Origin: Lama guanicoe
Lineage: Eukaryota
Reading direction: 5' to 3'
Assembly: GCA_013239625.1 (NCBI GenBank)
Contig: MU053557.1
Span: 1,185,063 to 1,249,062, forward strand
DNA length: 64,000 nucleotides
Shown: positions 23,603 through 37,720 of the stretch, piece by piece
How positions within the stretch are numbered: the first letter of the stretch is position 1
Layout: every line of letters begins with the position of its first letter
Program-made: the position numbers and the translations under genes
Notes under the pieces: generated by a model
Told to the model about the DNA's origin: nothing
The model's input: only the letters and a program-made list of their open reading frames with translations
The model's database searches: none

Positions 23603-25184
23603 GTTACTAGTGCCTAATTTTTTTAACTTGTTATTTTGCTCCTCAAAAATTCAGTTTATGCCATAGGACAATAAATCTATGCAGCTGACCAATTTTTTTA
23701 CAACAAGGACAAAAAAATATAGCATTCGGATACTGGATCAGCAGGAAAGAAGAAAAATTATCACTGAATGCTGTCAGAGAGTTGACACTATTATATTTGA
23801 TTTTTCATAAAACAATTAGCCATGAGTGCCAAGCCCTGTGCTAGACCCTTAGGAGACATAGCTGAATTGCAAATTTTGTCTGATTTTTAAAAAGAAAATT
23901 ATTATAATCAGTCTTATTGTTATCAATAAGGAAGAAGGATTTTCAGAACTGAATAATTTCCTCTGTTCTCTCTTCATTTCATGTCTAGCCATGGGCAAGG
24001 AACGCCCAATAAAGCATTTCTATTCCCACAACAGGTTGTAACTTCCTCTGGCACGGCATAAAACTTCATTTCATGTGCACCAGGCAACACTGTTTTCCAA
24101 AGCCCAAGCTAATTATATGAGATTTATCTGTGTGGAAACACAGGGATTAAGCAAGATGGAAAAATAGGGAAAATTTAGTGACTGTGTTTGACAAAGGATA
24201 ATGAAAACAAGGGTTATACAAAACAAAATATTTCCTGAAACAAATACCTAACCAGTGAAGGAAGTCATGAGCATTCTATTGGTACTTTTATCCTAACCTA
24301 ACAGAACCTGCTACCAATAATGCAGAAATACAACATAGACATTTTGCTTTTAAGCCAGTACTGGAAATTCCATTAACCTTATCTCTTTGACATACTTGTT
24401 ACTAAGCTTCCTGGTTCTTATTTTTGGATTATTCCTTAGTAGAACCATTGCTAAAATGCCTTATCATTATGGTATGCTAATTTTTCATGGAAAGCATATT
24501 ATTAAAAAAATACTTCTAGCCTGCAAATAATTACTTATAATTGTTTTGTCTATAAGCCCTAATTTTATTGGCCCAGCTATACTACATCACCCCTTCCTTG
24601 CCCAGAATTACTCATTTTCCTTTTATTGCCTAATTGCACATCATACCCCGCTCCAGTTTTCATATTACACAGTCACTTAATCGGGAGCGGGGAGTGGGGA
24701 AAGAGACTCCATTGTTTTATTTCTCTTAATACAGAATTTTAATTTTCTCAATTTGCAACCTTAATATTGATCTTTTTCTTCATTGGCTTGTTTGTAGCAT
24801 TTGTTATCTGTGATGACCCTAATCTTTCAAACATGAGAAAAGAATCTTGAAAGTGCTGCATCATAGTCATCTATCATTTATTTGGATGATAGACCTTTTT
24901 TAGTAAATCAGGATAAAAAATGCCTGTTATTTATTTAGGTTAAGGAAATTTACCATATTTTCAGAATTTAATTAGCACCAACCTCTTTATTCATCATTCT
25001 TCTTTCGGAATAGCCAATTCCTCAAAGGAAGGGCATTATTTCTGCTTTGAAAGTTAGCTCCACAGTGGATCCCAGTATCATCCAAAGTGGACCCTGAGAG
25101 TTAAGACTAAATCAGAAATCATATGGGCCCCAAATATTTTTTTCCCCTCTCAGGCAACTGCTCTGAATTGCCAGTATCAGTGCA

Positions 25185-25350
25185 GTAGAAATACAGAATG
25201 TTGCTCATTTGGGGTCTAAAGACCTGGAGTATATCCCTGACCCCAAGATGAGGATTAGTGGCATTCCCAAGTCACTAAACCTCTCTTTGGTTTCCTTAAC
25301 TCTCCCCAGTAGCCTCCCTCTTCTTACAGTTTCCTCATCTGTAAAATATT
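25185..25350 (+). mobile_element. MIR SINE
   Basis: 'caagtcactaaacctctct' and 'cagtttcctcatctgtaaaat'. Confidence 0.65.
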
Positions 25351-25849
25351 AAAAAAAAAACAAAAAACAACCTTAGAAGGTAGATTATTAAGAAGAAAGA
25401 ATGCAAAGAGAAGAAGGCAAATGAAGAATACAGATGTCTTATTATGAAAGAAGGCACATTATATTTCTGTGTCCCTGTAATATAAAAATTGCCTAAGCAT
25501 ATGTTTAATGAACTCTCTCCGTATTGAATGTTGGGACTACCAGCAGTGCTGGATCCAGAATTTCTGTATGAACAGGTGCTCAGGGGTTGGACTCTGGCTG
25601 GAAGAGAGCAGGACTTGGGCTTGAGTTGCATTTGTATTATAAACAGTTTTCACTTGCATCAAAGTATGTTTGTGGAGGGCATACCTCCCAGCACATCCAG
25701 ACTGACCCTTCTCTCTTCCCCGGTGCCTGTGCCTCTGAGGCCGAGGCTGACCCGTGTAGGTGGCGTTAAGCTCCCTGGCACTTCAGCTTTGTGTTGGCTT
25801 TGACAGGAGTGGGCGCTGACGGTGTACTGGAGGGAGGGAGATGAGTGCA

Positions 25850-26170
25850 ATGGGGATGTTCCTATGCTAGATTCCCTCTGGCAGAGCCCGTGGAGTCTGG
25901 CTTACTTCCTGACCAGTGTCACAAGTCCAAAGAGGCACCCTCTCCACCCAACTCTCCCTCTCTCCCTGGGTTCTGTTACACATCCTCTTCTTGTCCCTTC
26001 AGGACTGGAAGTGGTGACTGTCCTCGATGTTGCTGACCCTGAGGTACTGTACTGTGATTTGTGGCTTTCTTACACTCTGTCAATCAGCCCTGTATCAGAT
26101 CCCTCAAATTACCTCCTTGTGATTTTTTTTTGTTTTGGTTTTGGTTTTGGTTTTTGCTACCTGCGCAGGG
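25850..26170 (+). mobile_element. LTR16-like ERVL LTR fragment
   Basis: 'cttcttgtcccttcaggactggaagtggtgac..gttgctgaccctgaggtactg..ccctcaaattacc'. Confidence 0.6.
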
Positions 26171-26429
26171 AGGATAAATGGAGGTAACGGGAGAGGGGAG
26201 TTGAATGGTGTAAGTTAGGTCCAAAGGTAGTTGAGATATTTCTCTGTCTTCTAGGCACTCACTTCTTTGAGGGGAAAGTCAGGTATACAAATAAACATTT
26301 CCAAAAGATCCTGACAGGCTCCAAAGTTGGGGCTACACAGAGGGCCCAGCAGCCTGTAACTCGCTTGTGTAAACTGTGATAATGATGATTTTTGCAACCC
26401 TGCAAACAGGGGTCAGATGCCTGCTGTCT

Positions 26430-26990
26430 CACATGCAGCATTGCAACAGCGTCCCAATTGCTCTCTCTGCTGCCATGTGATAAAAACCACCCTTCTGTTT
26501 ACATCATGCAGTGATGTTTCTCATTGGCCTTGAGATAAAATATGATGTCCTTGTCATGATAAATACGGTGTTCTTCTACATTTTGCTCTTGTTTACGGCC
26601 CTGGCCTCACCTTGAACCCTCACTCATATTTTTAGCAATTCAACAGTACTGAAAGGCTGGTGAAGTCCCAGGAATACTTTCTGCTGATCATCATCCATGT
26701 GTCTTTGCTTCTGCTGTTTCCTTTGCCTGGAATTGAGCTCCAGCCTGTCTGATGAATTTTTCCTCATCACATAATCGTAGCTCACAAAACATCTCCTTCA
26801 GGAGGACCTGTCTGAAAGTGCCTTCCGCTACCCTCCTACCTCACCTAACACAGATGCCCTTTGACTATGATCTGTAGCACCCAGTGTACTCACTGTTCTT
26901 TACATCTGACAGACTGAACTGTGCTTATCTAGTTAGGCATTCCTTACGTTGCAAGTCAGTGAATACAAGCGCCAGCCAGGTACATTAAAC
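26430..26990 (+). mobile_element. L2 fragment
   Basis: 'cattgcaacagcgtcccaattgctctctctgc', 'ctttgcttctgctgtttcctttgcctggaat' and 'catctccttcaggagg'. Confidence 0.7.
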
Positions 26991-27314
26991 AACGTCAGGG
27001 CCTAGATCATTAGTCTTTAATTGAATCAACTGATTAATTGAATTATTCAGTGGACTACTTGTTACAGTTAATAGATGAGTTAACTAATTGACTAATTGAA
27101 TTAATTAATTGAATCCATTGCTTTCAACTGTCTAATCTCACCAAATACAAAGCAGTCTGAGTAGAGGGCAACACGTCAGGCACTAAAACGGAAAGCATTC
27201 TCCAACAGCTCTGTTGTGAAGCAGGGAGTTTCACTTCTTTGATGCTCTTTCAGTCCATACTCAGCTTCTATTTCCTTTGTTGTGGAAATCCTGGGCCAGA
27301 TAGGAGTTTTTCCA

Positions 27315-27480
27315 TTGTGCATGGCTCCAGGAGCCAGATTACCACGTGAAAATCATGCCCCATCATTTACTAGCTGTGGACATTGTTTGGGCTACTGAGC
27401 CTCTAAGTTTGTTTCTGTATCAATTAATTTGAAACTATATTAGTATCTACCTCATAAGTTTGCTCTGAGGATAATAGGTG
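27315..27480 (+). mobile_element. MIR SINE
   Basis: 'ggagccagatt..catttactagctgtg..agtatctacctcataag'. Confidence 0.7.
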
Positions 27481-27559
27481 TAAATTGGTAGTGTGAGAAT
27501 TTAAAACCCACGTGAAAGTAAATAATATAGGATTACTGACCCATATTATATCCCCAGAT

Positions 27560-28680
27560 TATTTCTGTGGTGATTGTAGACCTAAGTATGAAAATCATAC
27601 TTTAGTATTTTTAGGAAGAAAATATGGGAAATAATCTTTATGACCTTTAGATAGAAAATAACTTTAAAATACATACAGGAAGCACAAACCATAATGTAAA
27701 GTTTTATAAATTTCAATGTTACCAAAAAAGTTTACTAAACAATTAGTTTTAAAAAGAGAGGAAGAAAGAAATCCAAAGACTGGGAGAAGATATTAACAAT
27801 ACAAATGACTAACAAAAGATATAGATGTCCAGGATAAAAACAACCCCAACATATTGATAGGAAAAAATGTGATAGCCTGATGACAAGAAGGACAAATGTA
27901 AGAACAGAAGTGTAGAGGAGGAAAAACCTTGGCTACCTAATAAACATGAGAAAATGTACTCCACTTCACCAGTAACAAGTGAAATGACATTTAAATACAG
28001 TTAAATTCTATTGTATACGCATCAGATTTGCAAAAATGTCAAAGTTTGATAATGTCAATTTAGAGCAAAAGAAACCTTAATCCATTAGTATACCTATTGT
28101 GGAAACAATTTGGCAATACTAGAAAAGTTGAAGGAGTGAAACATTTGGCAATACCTAGAATGGTTGAAAATATACATTGCCCACATGGCTATTCAGTTCT
28201 TAGGTATAGATTCTAAAGAAAGTCCTGCAGATTTACACATGGGCACTTGTGCAGTATATAGATAACATGAAGAGAGAGATGCTGTGTGTAGTAGTGTAGA
28301 TAAAAGCCTCAACAGGGAAAAAGTAGTTAAATAAACTGTGGTGTTTTCTTAAAATTGATTAGATAAATGTGATGTTTTATTAAAATCGAATAACACACTA
28401 GTGAAACTGAAGGAACTAGAATATCAAAATGGGTGAATATCATAGTATACGTCAGTGAAAAATTTTTTGAAGAATGAAATATAATGCCATGTGTGGAAGT
28501 TAAAATATACTAAATACTGCTTTATATTTTGGGGAATAAGTACATATAAAAGTGTTAAAAATAATGGAGATATTAATCATTAAATTCTGTGACAAAGAGT
28601 TGAAGAAAATGACTTCATTCCTGGAGTTTTCAGCAGATCTTAATTCTGTTGTCAGTAGATTTTTTCTTGAAGTGGATGTG
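27560..28680 (+). mobile_element. Ancient L1 (L1ME-type) ORF2 3' end and 3'UTR
   Basis: 'gattgtagacctaagtatgaaa..ttaggaagaaaatatggga', 'agactgggagaagatatt' and 'aacaatttggcaatact'. Confidence 0.8.
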
Positions 28681-29189
28681 AATACTATCTTATCGTTTAA
28701 AATAGATGTAATGACTTAAGGATTTTAGTGAGAATTAATTGCATTGTACATGTAAAACAGTTTAGCACTGTGTTAGACACATGTGGAATAGACATTAAGT
28801 TCCAGACTCCTCCTCTTTCCTGTTCGTCTTACAGGGAGGACTCACTGTCTGCTGCAGTTTTTCTCTTCTCTCTGTTTTTATAAGTGGGAAGTACAGGGAT
28901 AAATACATAGGCTCTAACATGTAGCCTGGATTAAAGATTTTGATGTCAGTCAAACTTGACCTGTCACCTAGCTTCAGCTGCTTAATTTTTAGCCTTGATT
29001 TTTCTCCACCTGAACAAGGAGAGGAATTGTGTTTATACTGAAAATTTTAATTTTATGTTGATTTAACCCAGATAAACATTTCAGTATAGACACTGGCCCA
29101 AATTAAGAATTTATTAATCTGTTACTGTTACCAATGGGCAGAGATCACATTGCTGGTTAATGACACAATTAAGTCTACTAAGACTAGGA

Positions 29190-29400
29190 GCTATCATTTA
29201 TGAGTGGTCACTATAAATGCACCATGTGAAATAACACTTTTTATATATTATCTCATTTGATGCTAAAACTTAGGAGTTAGTGTCATTATCCAGTTTACAG
29301 ATACCAAAATGGAAACATAGGGCCTGTACCCAGAAATTAAGTGGAAGAATCAGAATACAGATTCGTCTGGTTAACTTCACAGTGTTTTAATCAGTTCCTC
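29190..29400 (-). mobile_element. MIR SINE
   Basis: 'tcatttatgagtggtcacta..attatctcatttgatgct..cagtttacagata..gaaacatag'. Confidence 0.6.
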
Positions 29401-32400
29401 TCCTGTCTGCTAGTTCTATGCTCTTTCTTGGATGCCATCCTGCTCCCTTGCAAATATATGTTAATGGTGGGGAATGAAATGTTGGCTCTGTTAACTGATC
29501 AGTGATGTCATTTCTTTGTGAGAGAAGTAGTGCTTTTATTTCCTTCCTCCTTCTATGAGTTAATGCTCTTTTAGCCCCAGATGAGTACTACCTGTAGGCA
29601 TGATTACTAAGGCAGTCTTTATCCACTGGAGTTTGAGTCAGCCAGTTAATTCCAGCGGTCTTCTTACATAGTGGTCTGTTTGGAACAAAAATCTGATGAA
29701 GTCCTTTCAAAAAGTACAAGTTATTTGAACAGTTAAATCTGTTGTACATAATCTAACTGGCAATTTGTTTGGCTTTAAATGTTTTCTTTTTTATAAAATA
29801 CGTTTTGGGTTTTGTATATATACCTCAGTGATGAAAAAAAAATCAATGAAATCAGTTGCTTGGCATTGTGCCAGTAAATGACCAGCTGAGTTTTTAAACT
29901 TTCCACCAGAGGTTGTTCCATATAGACTATATATTTATTTTATGAAAAGTTTGAGAAACAGACACAGTATTGCAAGAGAGATGTATATGTTTGTGTATTG
30001 GAAGGAGGGTATACGGTGACTGCCCTCATCCAGAATTGCTACAGTCAGCATTTGCAAAGTTGTATTTCATCAGAGTTTGCAGAGATAGTTGAAGCTACTG
30101 TCTTGAAGGCAGGCAGACTATCAATCTCCCCATCATCCCAGATCACATCGGTTTTAAATCAGAAAAAATAAAACCATTTTATATTTGCTTGCTTAGATCC
30201 ACTTTGAAATTCTGTAGATCACAGTTAAATAATGCCATGAATATTAATAGAAGAAGACTATACATATTAATCATCTCTTTCACTTTTATATTCAAGGTAC
30301 AGTGGACTAGTATTCAGTCTATAATTACTGTGAACTTAGCTCAGGGTGACTAGTTATGTCCAAGTGGTGCTGGCCTTTAGCCATGTGTAATGTTTTCAGT
30401 CAGCTAGGCGTCAACCAGAGTATTTTCCCCCCTGCGTGTTCAAAGATATGTCTTGTGACAACATTGTTTTGATTTTTTTCCACTTTATGCTGAAATTCAC
30501 CATGTTGTTGTAGTCATCAGTACCGATTTTCTAGTTGCAGTCATTCTCCATTGATGCATGCCAACAGCATGAGAACCGTTCTGCCAGCACAGAAATCCTA
30601 CCCCATCCCTTCACCATGTGGAGGTTTAAACATTTCATGATATGATACATTGCCATGCATCTTACTTATCTCTTACATTTGTACTGTCGTAGTCTCTGAA
30701 TAATGTTTTTACTCTGTGCACAGATATACATCTTCGAGAATATGTATTTTTAATGGTGTTCTTCTGTAGAAGCATGTTAACTACACATAGTGGTCTCAGT
30801 GAATTTGTGAATTAAGAGCACTGTAGACTGTGGGTGATGTAGAATTCATGAGCTCTTTGTTGAGCTTTAATCTGAATGAAGCTGACTACACAGCCTCATC
30901 AATTCTCAAAGTCCCATCACTGGCTTTCTTATGAACGAGTCTTAACAATGTGTTTGTTACTGTTGCTGTTTGTTTGTTGTACTCAATAATGAGAGTTTTT
31001 CCAGAGGGACACCATATGGATGATTTATTCAATAACCTGTTGTGTCTCAGACTATTGGTTGAGCAATGAAGAGACAACAACAAATATGATAAAGTCCTTG
31101 CAGTTGTGAAACTTACATGTTTGTAGGGGAAAAAAGACATCTGACAAGTAATGATTATTTTCCCTGAGCAGTGAGCCCACTGGTTTCCAAATAACAAAAG
31201 TTTCCTTTAATGATATTAAGATGGAGTTTCTTTTCAGTGTATCTAAAAAGAGATGATAAGCTAATTGGTAGTGTGCTGAAGTCATAACTGAGAAGGACTG
31301 GACCATTTGTTGTCCGTGGTCCTGAATGCATCCTCTAGCTACACAATAAATGGGACTATTTGACCGCTGGACTAAATTTAGTAAAAATTTTCTGAGTAAT
31401 TAATTGGATGCCAGAAATGTGAAAGCAAGCATGCTATAGTCACGACCTTCAAAAATTCAGTTTTGGTCAGAAAACTGCCCTAGATCATTACTGTGTTAGT
31501 TTTCAAACTAATTTTTTTAAGACCTGACTTACATATATGCAGCTCGACAAGCTCTAATGATAGAATTAACCTAGCTATTGATTATAGGCAAGAACCATAC
31601 TGGTTGAGTTTATTCACCTGATATTTTTGCTACAAGTGAAAAGGGATAAATGAATAAATGACTTAATGATAGATAAGCTTATTTCTTAACTGTTTAAATG
31701 CAGTGGTATTGAATACCTATACTACTTAAGGATTTTATGGGTAGATAGGCTACAACTTCATAGGAATGTGAATTTTGTTTATTGTCATGGAATGAAGTAT
31801 TAAATATGTTAGGAGTTGGATGCTAATATGATCTGAAAGTGACACTTTATAAGTTAACTTTTAAAATACCATTTTCAATGCAGTCATTATTTTATATGTG
31901 ACACATTACAAGAGTTATTAGGATAGTCAAAGCTTTTGTAATGAACACATAAAATGATATAAGATGGGTAATAAGGTAGAAATAATGAACACATTTGCAG
32001 ACCTAGGATAAAATTTTCACATTGGAGGATATTTTCAAAAGTCCCTAGCTTCACAAAACCTGGATATGACCGTTGAAATATTAATAGTGACAATTATAAT
32101 ATTTCCTTAAAAAGAGACAATTTACACATCTATATCAGAGGTCAATTTCTTGATTATTTACAGATTTCTGATAGAAGATGAATATTGGTGAAACATTTAA
32201 GCAAATATTGATGAAAAACAAAGTTACAGCATGCTTCCCTTTTGTTAGCATGATATGACCAGTGTGTGAATGACTGTTGAATGGCAGACTAGAGTTTTAA
32301 TACAGGAAATTGAAGGGGGTATCGCTATTCATGGTGTTGGTAGTGATTTTATGGCAACAAAAGCATCTCAGAGAATATTAATATTCTTGACTGTGACATC

Positions 32401-33354
32401 CTCACAGCGGAAACTTCACAGTTCCACAAACCCAGTGGTTATCGTCCTCCTCATTACTTATCTAAATGAACAGAAATGAGTTTGAGCATCTGCACTAGGA
32501 AGGACATGCATTGTACCTTTCTGTTTCTTTATGGGAGGAAGAAAAGACTGGGGCAGCATATTTCTCATCATTCCTGTCCTCTGTTCCATGGGAGATAACC
32601 TTTAAGTTATAATGACTGACCTTGATCCAAACCAGGCAAATCATTCATACGATTTGTTCATATGTTCTTTCTGTTCATGCTTCATGTATAAATTCCTCTC
32701 AATCTTTGGACTGGAAGAAAAGAGAGTTTGAACCAATAGTGTTTTCTTGAAATATATTTGGTAGGATTCTATTCCCCAGGTTCTTCATAAGTGCCTTCCA
32801 CAACCCAAATCACTAACATTGTGCTCATAAAACTTCACTTACCAAGGATTTAAGTATTTTAAAAATATGTTTACTATGTAAATTAGAAACCATAAAAATG
32901 TTCAGTGTTGATTTGCAACAGTACAGACAATGTGGTTTAAAACATATGGCATAATATACGTGAAAAGTTTCTCAATTCGCTTTTCCACTTTTTATATAAT
33001 GATAGTTTTTAATTTTATTAAGCATCTTGAAGACCATTTTAATGACTCCAGAATATTCTGTTATATGTATGTAGCATAATTTATCCAACCAATATCCTAT
33101 TCCTCTGCATTTGGATATTTCCCAGTACTTTGTTACCATAAATTATCCTGCAGTGAAACAAAGTGGATTATCAAGTATACATTTTCATTCCTTCTCTGAG
33201 TCTTTTTTTTAATCTCTGATGTCAGAACTGTAATACAGAACAGTATGGAAGGATAAGATGCCTAGGTCTTCGTAAAATAGAGTTAAAACTTAGACTTCGT
33301 TCTTTCATTTATCCATGTTTAGCTACATTTCTTCTAATAAAAATGTTTATTCCT

Positions 33355-33470
33355 GTATCCATTCATTCATTCAACTAGTTATTTATTGCTTATGATATTA
33401 TAGCCATTCTTTTAAGCATTTGGAACGTATCAGTGAAGAAAAAATATAAAAGTTCTTGCTGTCATGGAGG
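33355..33470 (-). mobile_element. L2a 3' end
   Basis: 'attcattcattcaactagttatttattg..cttgctgtcatggag'. Confidence 0.75.
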
Positions 33471-34379
33471 TGTTTTCAGACTCTGGTCTTATAAAATTTC
33501 CTGATTAGTAAACATGGCATGTCACTTCTGAACATACCCTAGGCCATATCTCATATTTGTGTCAGGAGATGGTGTAATTCTGTTGCATTATGTTCTGATA
33601 AGAAGCAAGAAGATAAGGACATCTTCTTTGGCAGGTCACCAACAACTTGGAAGGGGAGAATAGCAATTTAAGGATTCTGCATATTTCATGTTTTAAAATT
33701 ACTCCCTACTCAGGATTGTAACTAGATATAGTCCTCATATTCTCTGTCCAGGGTGCCAATGGGAATTTGCCTTCAAATGTAAAAAAATTTGGGTCTTTAC
33801 ATTTTACACTGAGCCCAATGTTTGTATAAATGGATTTTGTCCTGGAATGGCCATATAATGCAAATTTAAATTTCAAATCCAAAGGAAAACAATCATCTGT
33901 AATGATGAATCCTATTTTTCAGTGCTAGTTCCTAACTATAAAATCAATATTGTTGCATTTGATCCCTTAAATTTTTTTCCACAATCCTAAACATGAAGAA
34001 ATCTTTCAATGACTGAGTCATGTTTTGCAGATACTCTTTTAGATTCATTAGATACCATTTTAAAGCCTAAGTGCCCTAATATTTATTTCATGGAGTCAAT
34101 ACAAAAATCAGAAACTGTCGTTTCAGGAATAGCAATGTGTTAATTATAATAGAGAGTGAATATAATCTATAGATATTTATTTGACACCTAAGTACTAGGC
34201 AACTGGAAAAATACACAGAAATATTGGTTCTTGTCTTCAAAAAAATTCACAATGAATTGGCAAGGTATATTATAATCATGTAAGAATTAAAAATATGAAG
34301 AATAGATCATCTAACAGTTTTAGAAAATATTGAAAGATATGTGATAAGTACACACTCACTATAGTAAGTGGTTTATACA

Positions 34380-34860
34380 GAGTACTCATCAACAGTTTTT
34401 CATTGGCTAAGAAGATAAATCATATTCAAATCTGTTCACAGACCAAGGAAATCCAGAGCTGTATCCATCTTTAAGTATGGATGGACCTGCATGCACAGTC
34501 AGTGTCTTCAGGGACCTGTGTCTCTCCATTTTGGGCTCAATGTGTCCCCATTTTTAAACTCAACCTCAGGCAAACTCTTTCCACATGGTGGTAAACAGCT
34601 ACCAGTAACTTATGGCTTATATTCTACCACATGTATGGCAATGATAAGTCCAGAAAAAAGATAGCTTCTTTTCCCCAATAGTTTTAGCAGAAGTCATGGA
34701 ATTGCACTTTCTGCCCCGCTTGGGTGGTGTATTTAACATTGATCCAATTAATATGAATGATTTGCCTGGTTTGGATCAAGGTCAGTCATTATAACTTAAA
34801 GGTTAATCACTTTAATGTAAACCACAGTTGGATGCTGAGAGGAGGGTGTTCACTATGGAA
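34380..34860 (-). mobile_element. MLT1-like LTR (degraded)
   Basis: 'ctcaggcaaactctttccacatggtggtaaa..cagaagtcatggaattg'. Confidence 0.5.
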
Positions 34861-35124
34861 TAAATTACTCTTAATAACAGGAAAGAGAGAATGGATTTTG
34901 AGTCTTCTACTATATATTAACTCATTTTATCCTTGCCACCACCCTCTGAGATAATAATTATTTTCTCTACTTAGAGATAAACTGATAGTCAAAGATGGCA
35001 AATCCCTTTCACAAAGCCTTAACACCAATAGGTTGTGAATAAGAGATTCAAATTGTTTGATTTTATAGTCTGTGCCTTAAATGCTGTATGACATTGCTCC
35101 CATTACATTTATTTTTACTTATTT

Positions 35125-36005
35125 TTAAAATAGATCTTATTTTTTTTTTAGCATGATACTAGGTTCACAGCAAAATTGAGAAGAAGGCATAGAGATTTTA
35201 CATATACCCCCACTTTACATATGTATAGCCTCTCCCATTATCAGTATCCTCCAACAGAGTGGTTGACTTGTTAAAATTGATGAACCTACATTGACACTTT
35301 ACTATCACTGAAAGGCCATTATTTACATTAGGATTCATTCTGGTGCTTTGCCTTCAGTGGGTTTTAACAGGTCCATAATGACATGTGTCCACCATTATAG
35401 CATCATACCAAGTAGTTTCTTTGCCCTAAAAATCCTGTGTTCCTCATATTCATCCCTCCTTCCCTCCTAAACCTTGGGAACCAATGATCTTTGTACTGCC
35501 TCCATAGTTTTGTCTTTTTCAGAATGTCATGTTGTTGGAATCATACACTATATACCTTTTTCAGATTGGCTTTTTTCATTTAGTAATATGCACTGAAGCT
35601 TCCTCCATGTCTTTTTATGGTTTGATAACTTGTTTCTTTTTAGTACTAAATAAGTTCCATTGTCTGTATGTACCATTTATTCATTCATCTGCTGAAGGAC
35701 ATCTTGGTTGCTTACAAGTTTTGGCAGTTGTGAATAAAGCTGCTATAACCATCCATGTGCAGGTTTTTGTGTGGACATAAGTTTTCACCTCCTTTGGGTA
35801 AATACCAAGGAGTGTGATTGCTAAATCATATGGTAAGAGTATGTTTAGTTTTGAAAGTGTCAAACTGTCTTACAAAGGGAATGTACCATTTTGCTTCCCC
35901 GCCAGCCATGAAGGAGAGTTTCTGTAGCTCTCTGTCTTTGCCAGCATTTAGTATTGTTAGCGTTTTGGAATTGGCCATTCTAACGTGTGTAGTGGCATCT
36001 TGTTG
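35125..36005 (-). mobile_element. L1MC1-type L1 3' fragment
   Basis: 'aggttcacagcaaaattgag..aattgatgaacctacattgacac..gccctaaaaatcc'; ORF track 'LPYDLAITLLGIYPKEVKTYVHTKTCTWMVIAALF'. Confidence 0.9.
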
Positions 36006-36459
36006 TTCTTCTGTTTCATATCAGTAACTGGTGAACAGAGGTGGAGCCAAATGTTCCACATCTCCTCTTCAGCCTCAGCTTTTCTGTACAGGTTCAGGTC
36101 AGAGCACCTTTGCCTTCTAGTCCTTCATTCTGCTCGTTCCGTCCTGCTTGAAAGCTTTGCTGATTTTGCAGAATTTTTGCAGAATTTTTGCAGAATTTTG
36201 GCATCCTTCAGTAAAATCCAACGCAGTAGTATTCCAGTATTAAGCACCTGATCATCTTCTTGTGTTTGGCCTCAAAGTTAGCTCCTTGACTATGAATATC
36301 CTGAGCTTTTTTTTTATTTGCTTTGTTTGACTCTACATTCCTAATGCCTAGGATATTTTGGTAAACATTCCTCACTATGCTTAGAAAAAAACAAAATTAA
36401 AACATTTCTGTTTCCATGAGAGTAAAAGTTATATTTCAAACCTGTGTGTATCACATATA

Positions 36460-36670
36460 GATAGACCTGATATAAGTGTCAGATCTGCCTTCTGTTTCGA
36501 TATGTCCTTGGTCAAGTGGCTAAAGCTCTTTGGGGCCTTAATTCTCTTATCTATAAAAGGGAGGCAGATGTATGTACTTTTGAGGGCTATTTAGGAGAAA
36601 TTGAAATGCTGTGTACAGAGTCAAAGCAGGCTTTATGGCACATAGGAAATGTGCAATAAATGGTGGCCAT
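36460..36670 (+). mobile_element. MIR SINE
   Basis: 'ccttggtcaagtggctaaagctct..ttatctataaaaggg..ggcacataggaaatgtgcaataaat'. Confidence 0.7.
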
Positions 36671-37174
36671 TATTGGTATAGATTATCCCATGGCCCATGG
36701 AACAGTGCTGGAAAAGTATTGATACGTATTTCAGGAAAGTTCCAGTAGAACTGGTTATTTAGCACTGCAGATACATATGCATGCAACACCGCAGACTCAC
36801 CTGTTTGTGTCTTACTGCTGAAGTCAGCCGAATTTCCCCACAATTCAGTCAGTCTGTATCTATAACACAAACTGATTTGATAAGGGTAGAATGCTGAATA
36901 CATTTTATGAATAAATTTCTGTCTTCCAGTTCCCCTATTTTAAAAAAACTTTTCTCGACTCAGAAACTTTGTATTTTAAAATTTATTGCTTTGCATAGAC
37001 CACTCATAATTCTCACTGTTACATTAAGGAAAACTGCATTTGTTTCACAAATCAGCTTTCACCATGACTGTCATTCCTTCTCAAAAACATTTCTCCATTG
37101 TGTATTAACAAAAGACAATTTAAAAAGTTGCTGAACTACTATGGCAAATGATGTTACCACAATTGTATTCAGCT

Positions 37175-37720
37175 ATTACATTAGTTGGGAGAGTTTCAAT
37201 TTCAGGTGACAGAAACTCAACTGAAACTGGCTTAGAGGAGAGGGTGAGAGAGCTGGTTAGTTATAGGCTTACATAATTGAGAAGTTCAAGCCTTTAGGCA
37301 AGGCTAGGTGAAGGGATACAGTCAGTGTATTCTCAGTCTCAGTTTTGCTCCCCTTCATGCTTGCTCATTCTCATGTAGGCATTCCCTTTGGGATGGTAGG
37401 ATAAATAGCATCATCTGGAGGTCTGCATCCTACCAATTTAGTAATCCCAGTGGGAAACGGCCATCACCTGACGTTCCATACGATGTCCTGGGATAGAATG
37501 CCATTGGCCAACTTTGATCACTTGCCCTCCCCAGAGCTAGTCGTGGGGGCTGGGGTAGATACAGTGCTCTGATAGGCCACACCTCGATCATTTTCCTCTT
37601 CTAGGACCAGGAGATAGAGTCATCCTGAATTGAACCAAGCAGATTCAGAGTGAAGTGGTGGTCCCCAAAATGATGATGCAGGTGCTGTGAGCTTAAGAAA
37701 ACTAAATGGATGTTGAATTG
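37175..37720 (-). mobile_element. MLT1 (K/J-like) LTR
   Basis: 'aggtgacagaaactcaactgaaactggctt' and 'ctctgataggccacacct..ggtccccaaaa'. Confidence 0.75.

Noticed and set aside
25528..26187. Cluster of overlapping ORFs up to 121 aa
   Set aside because: GC-richer sequence that is partly LTR16-like; no protein similarity recognised.
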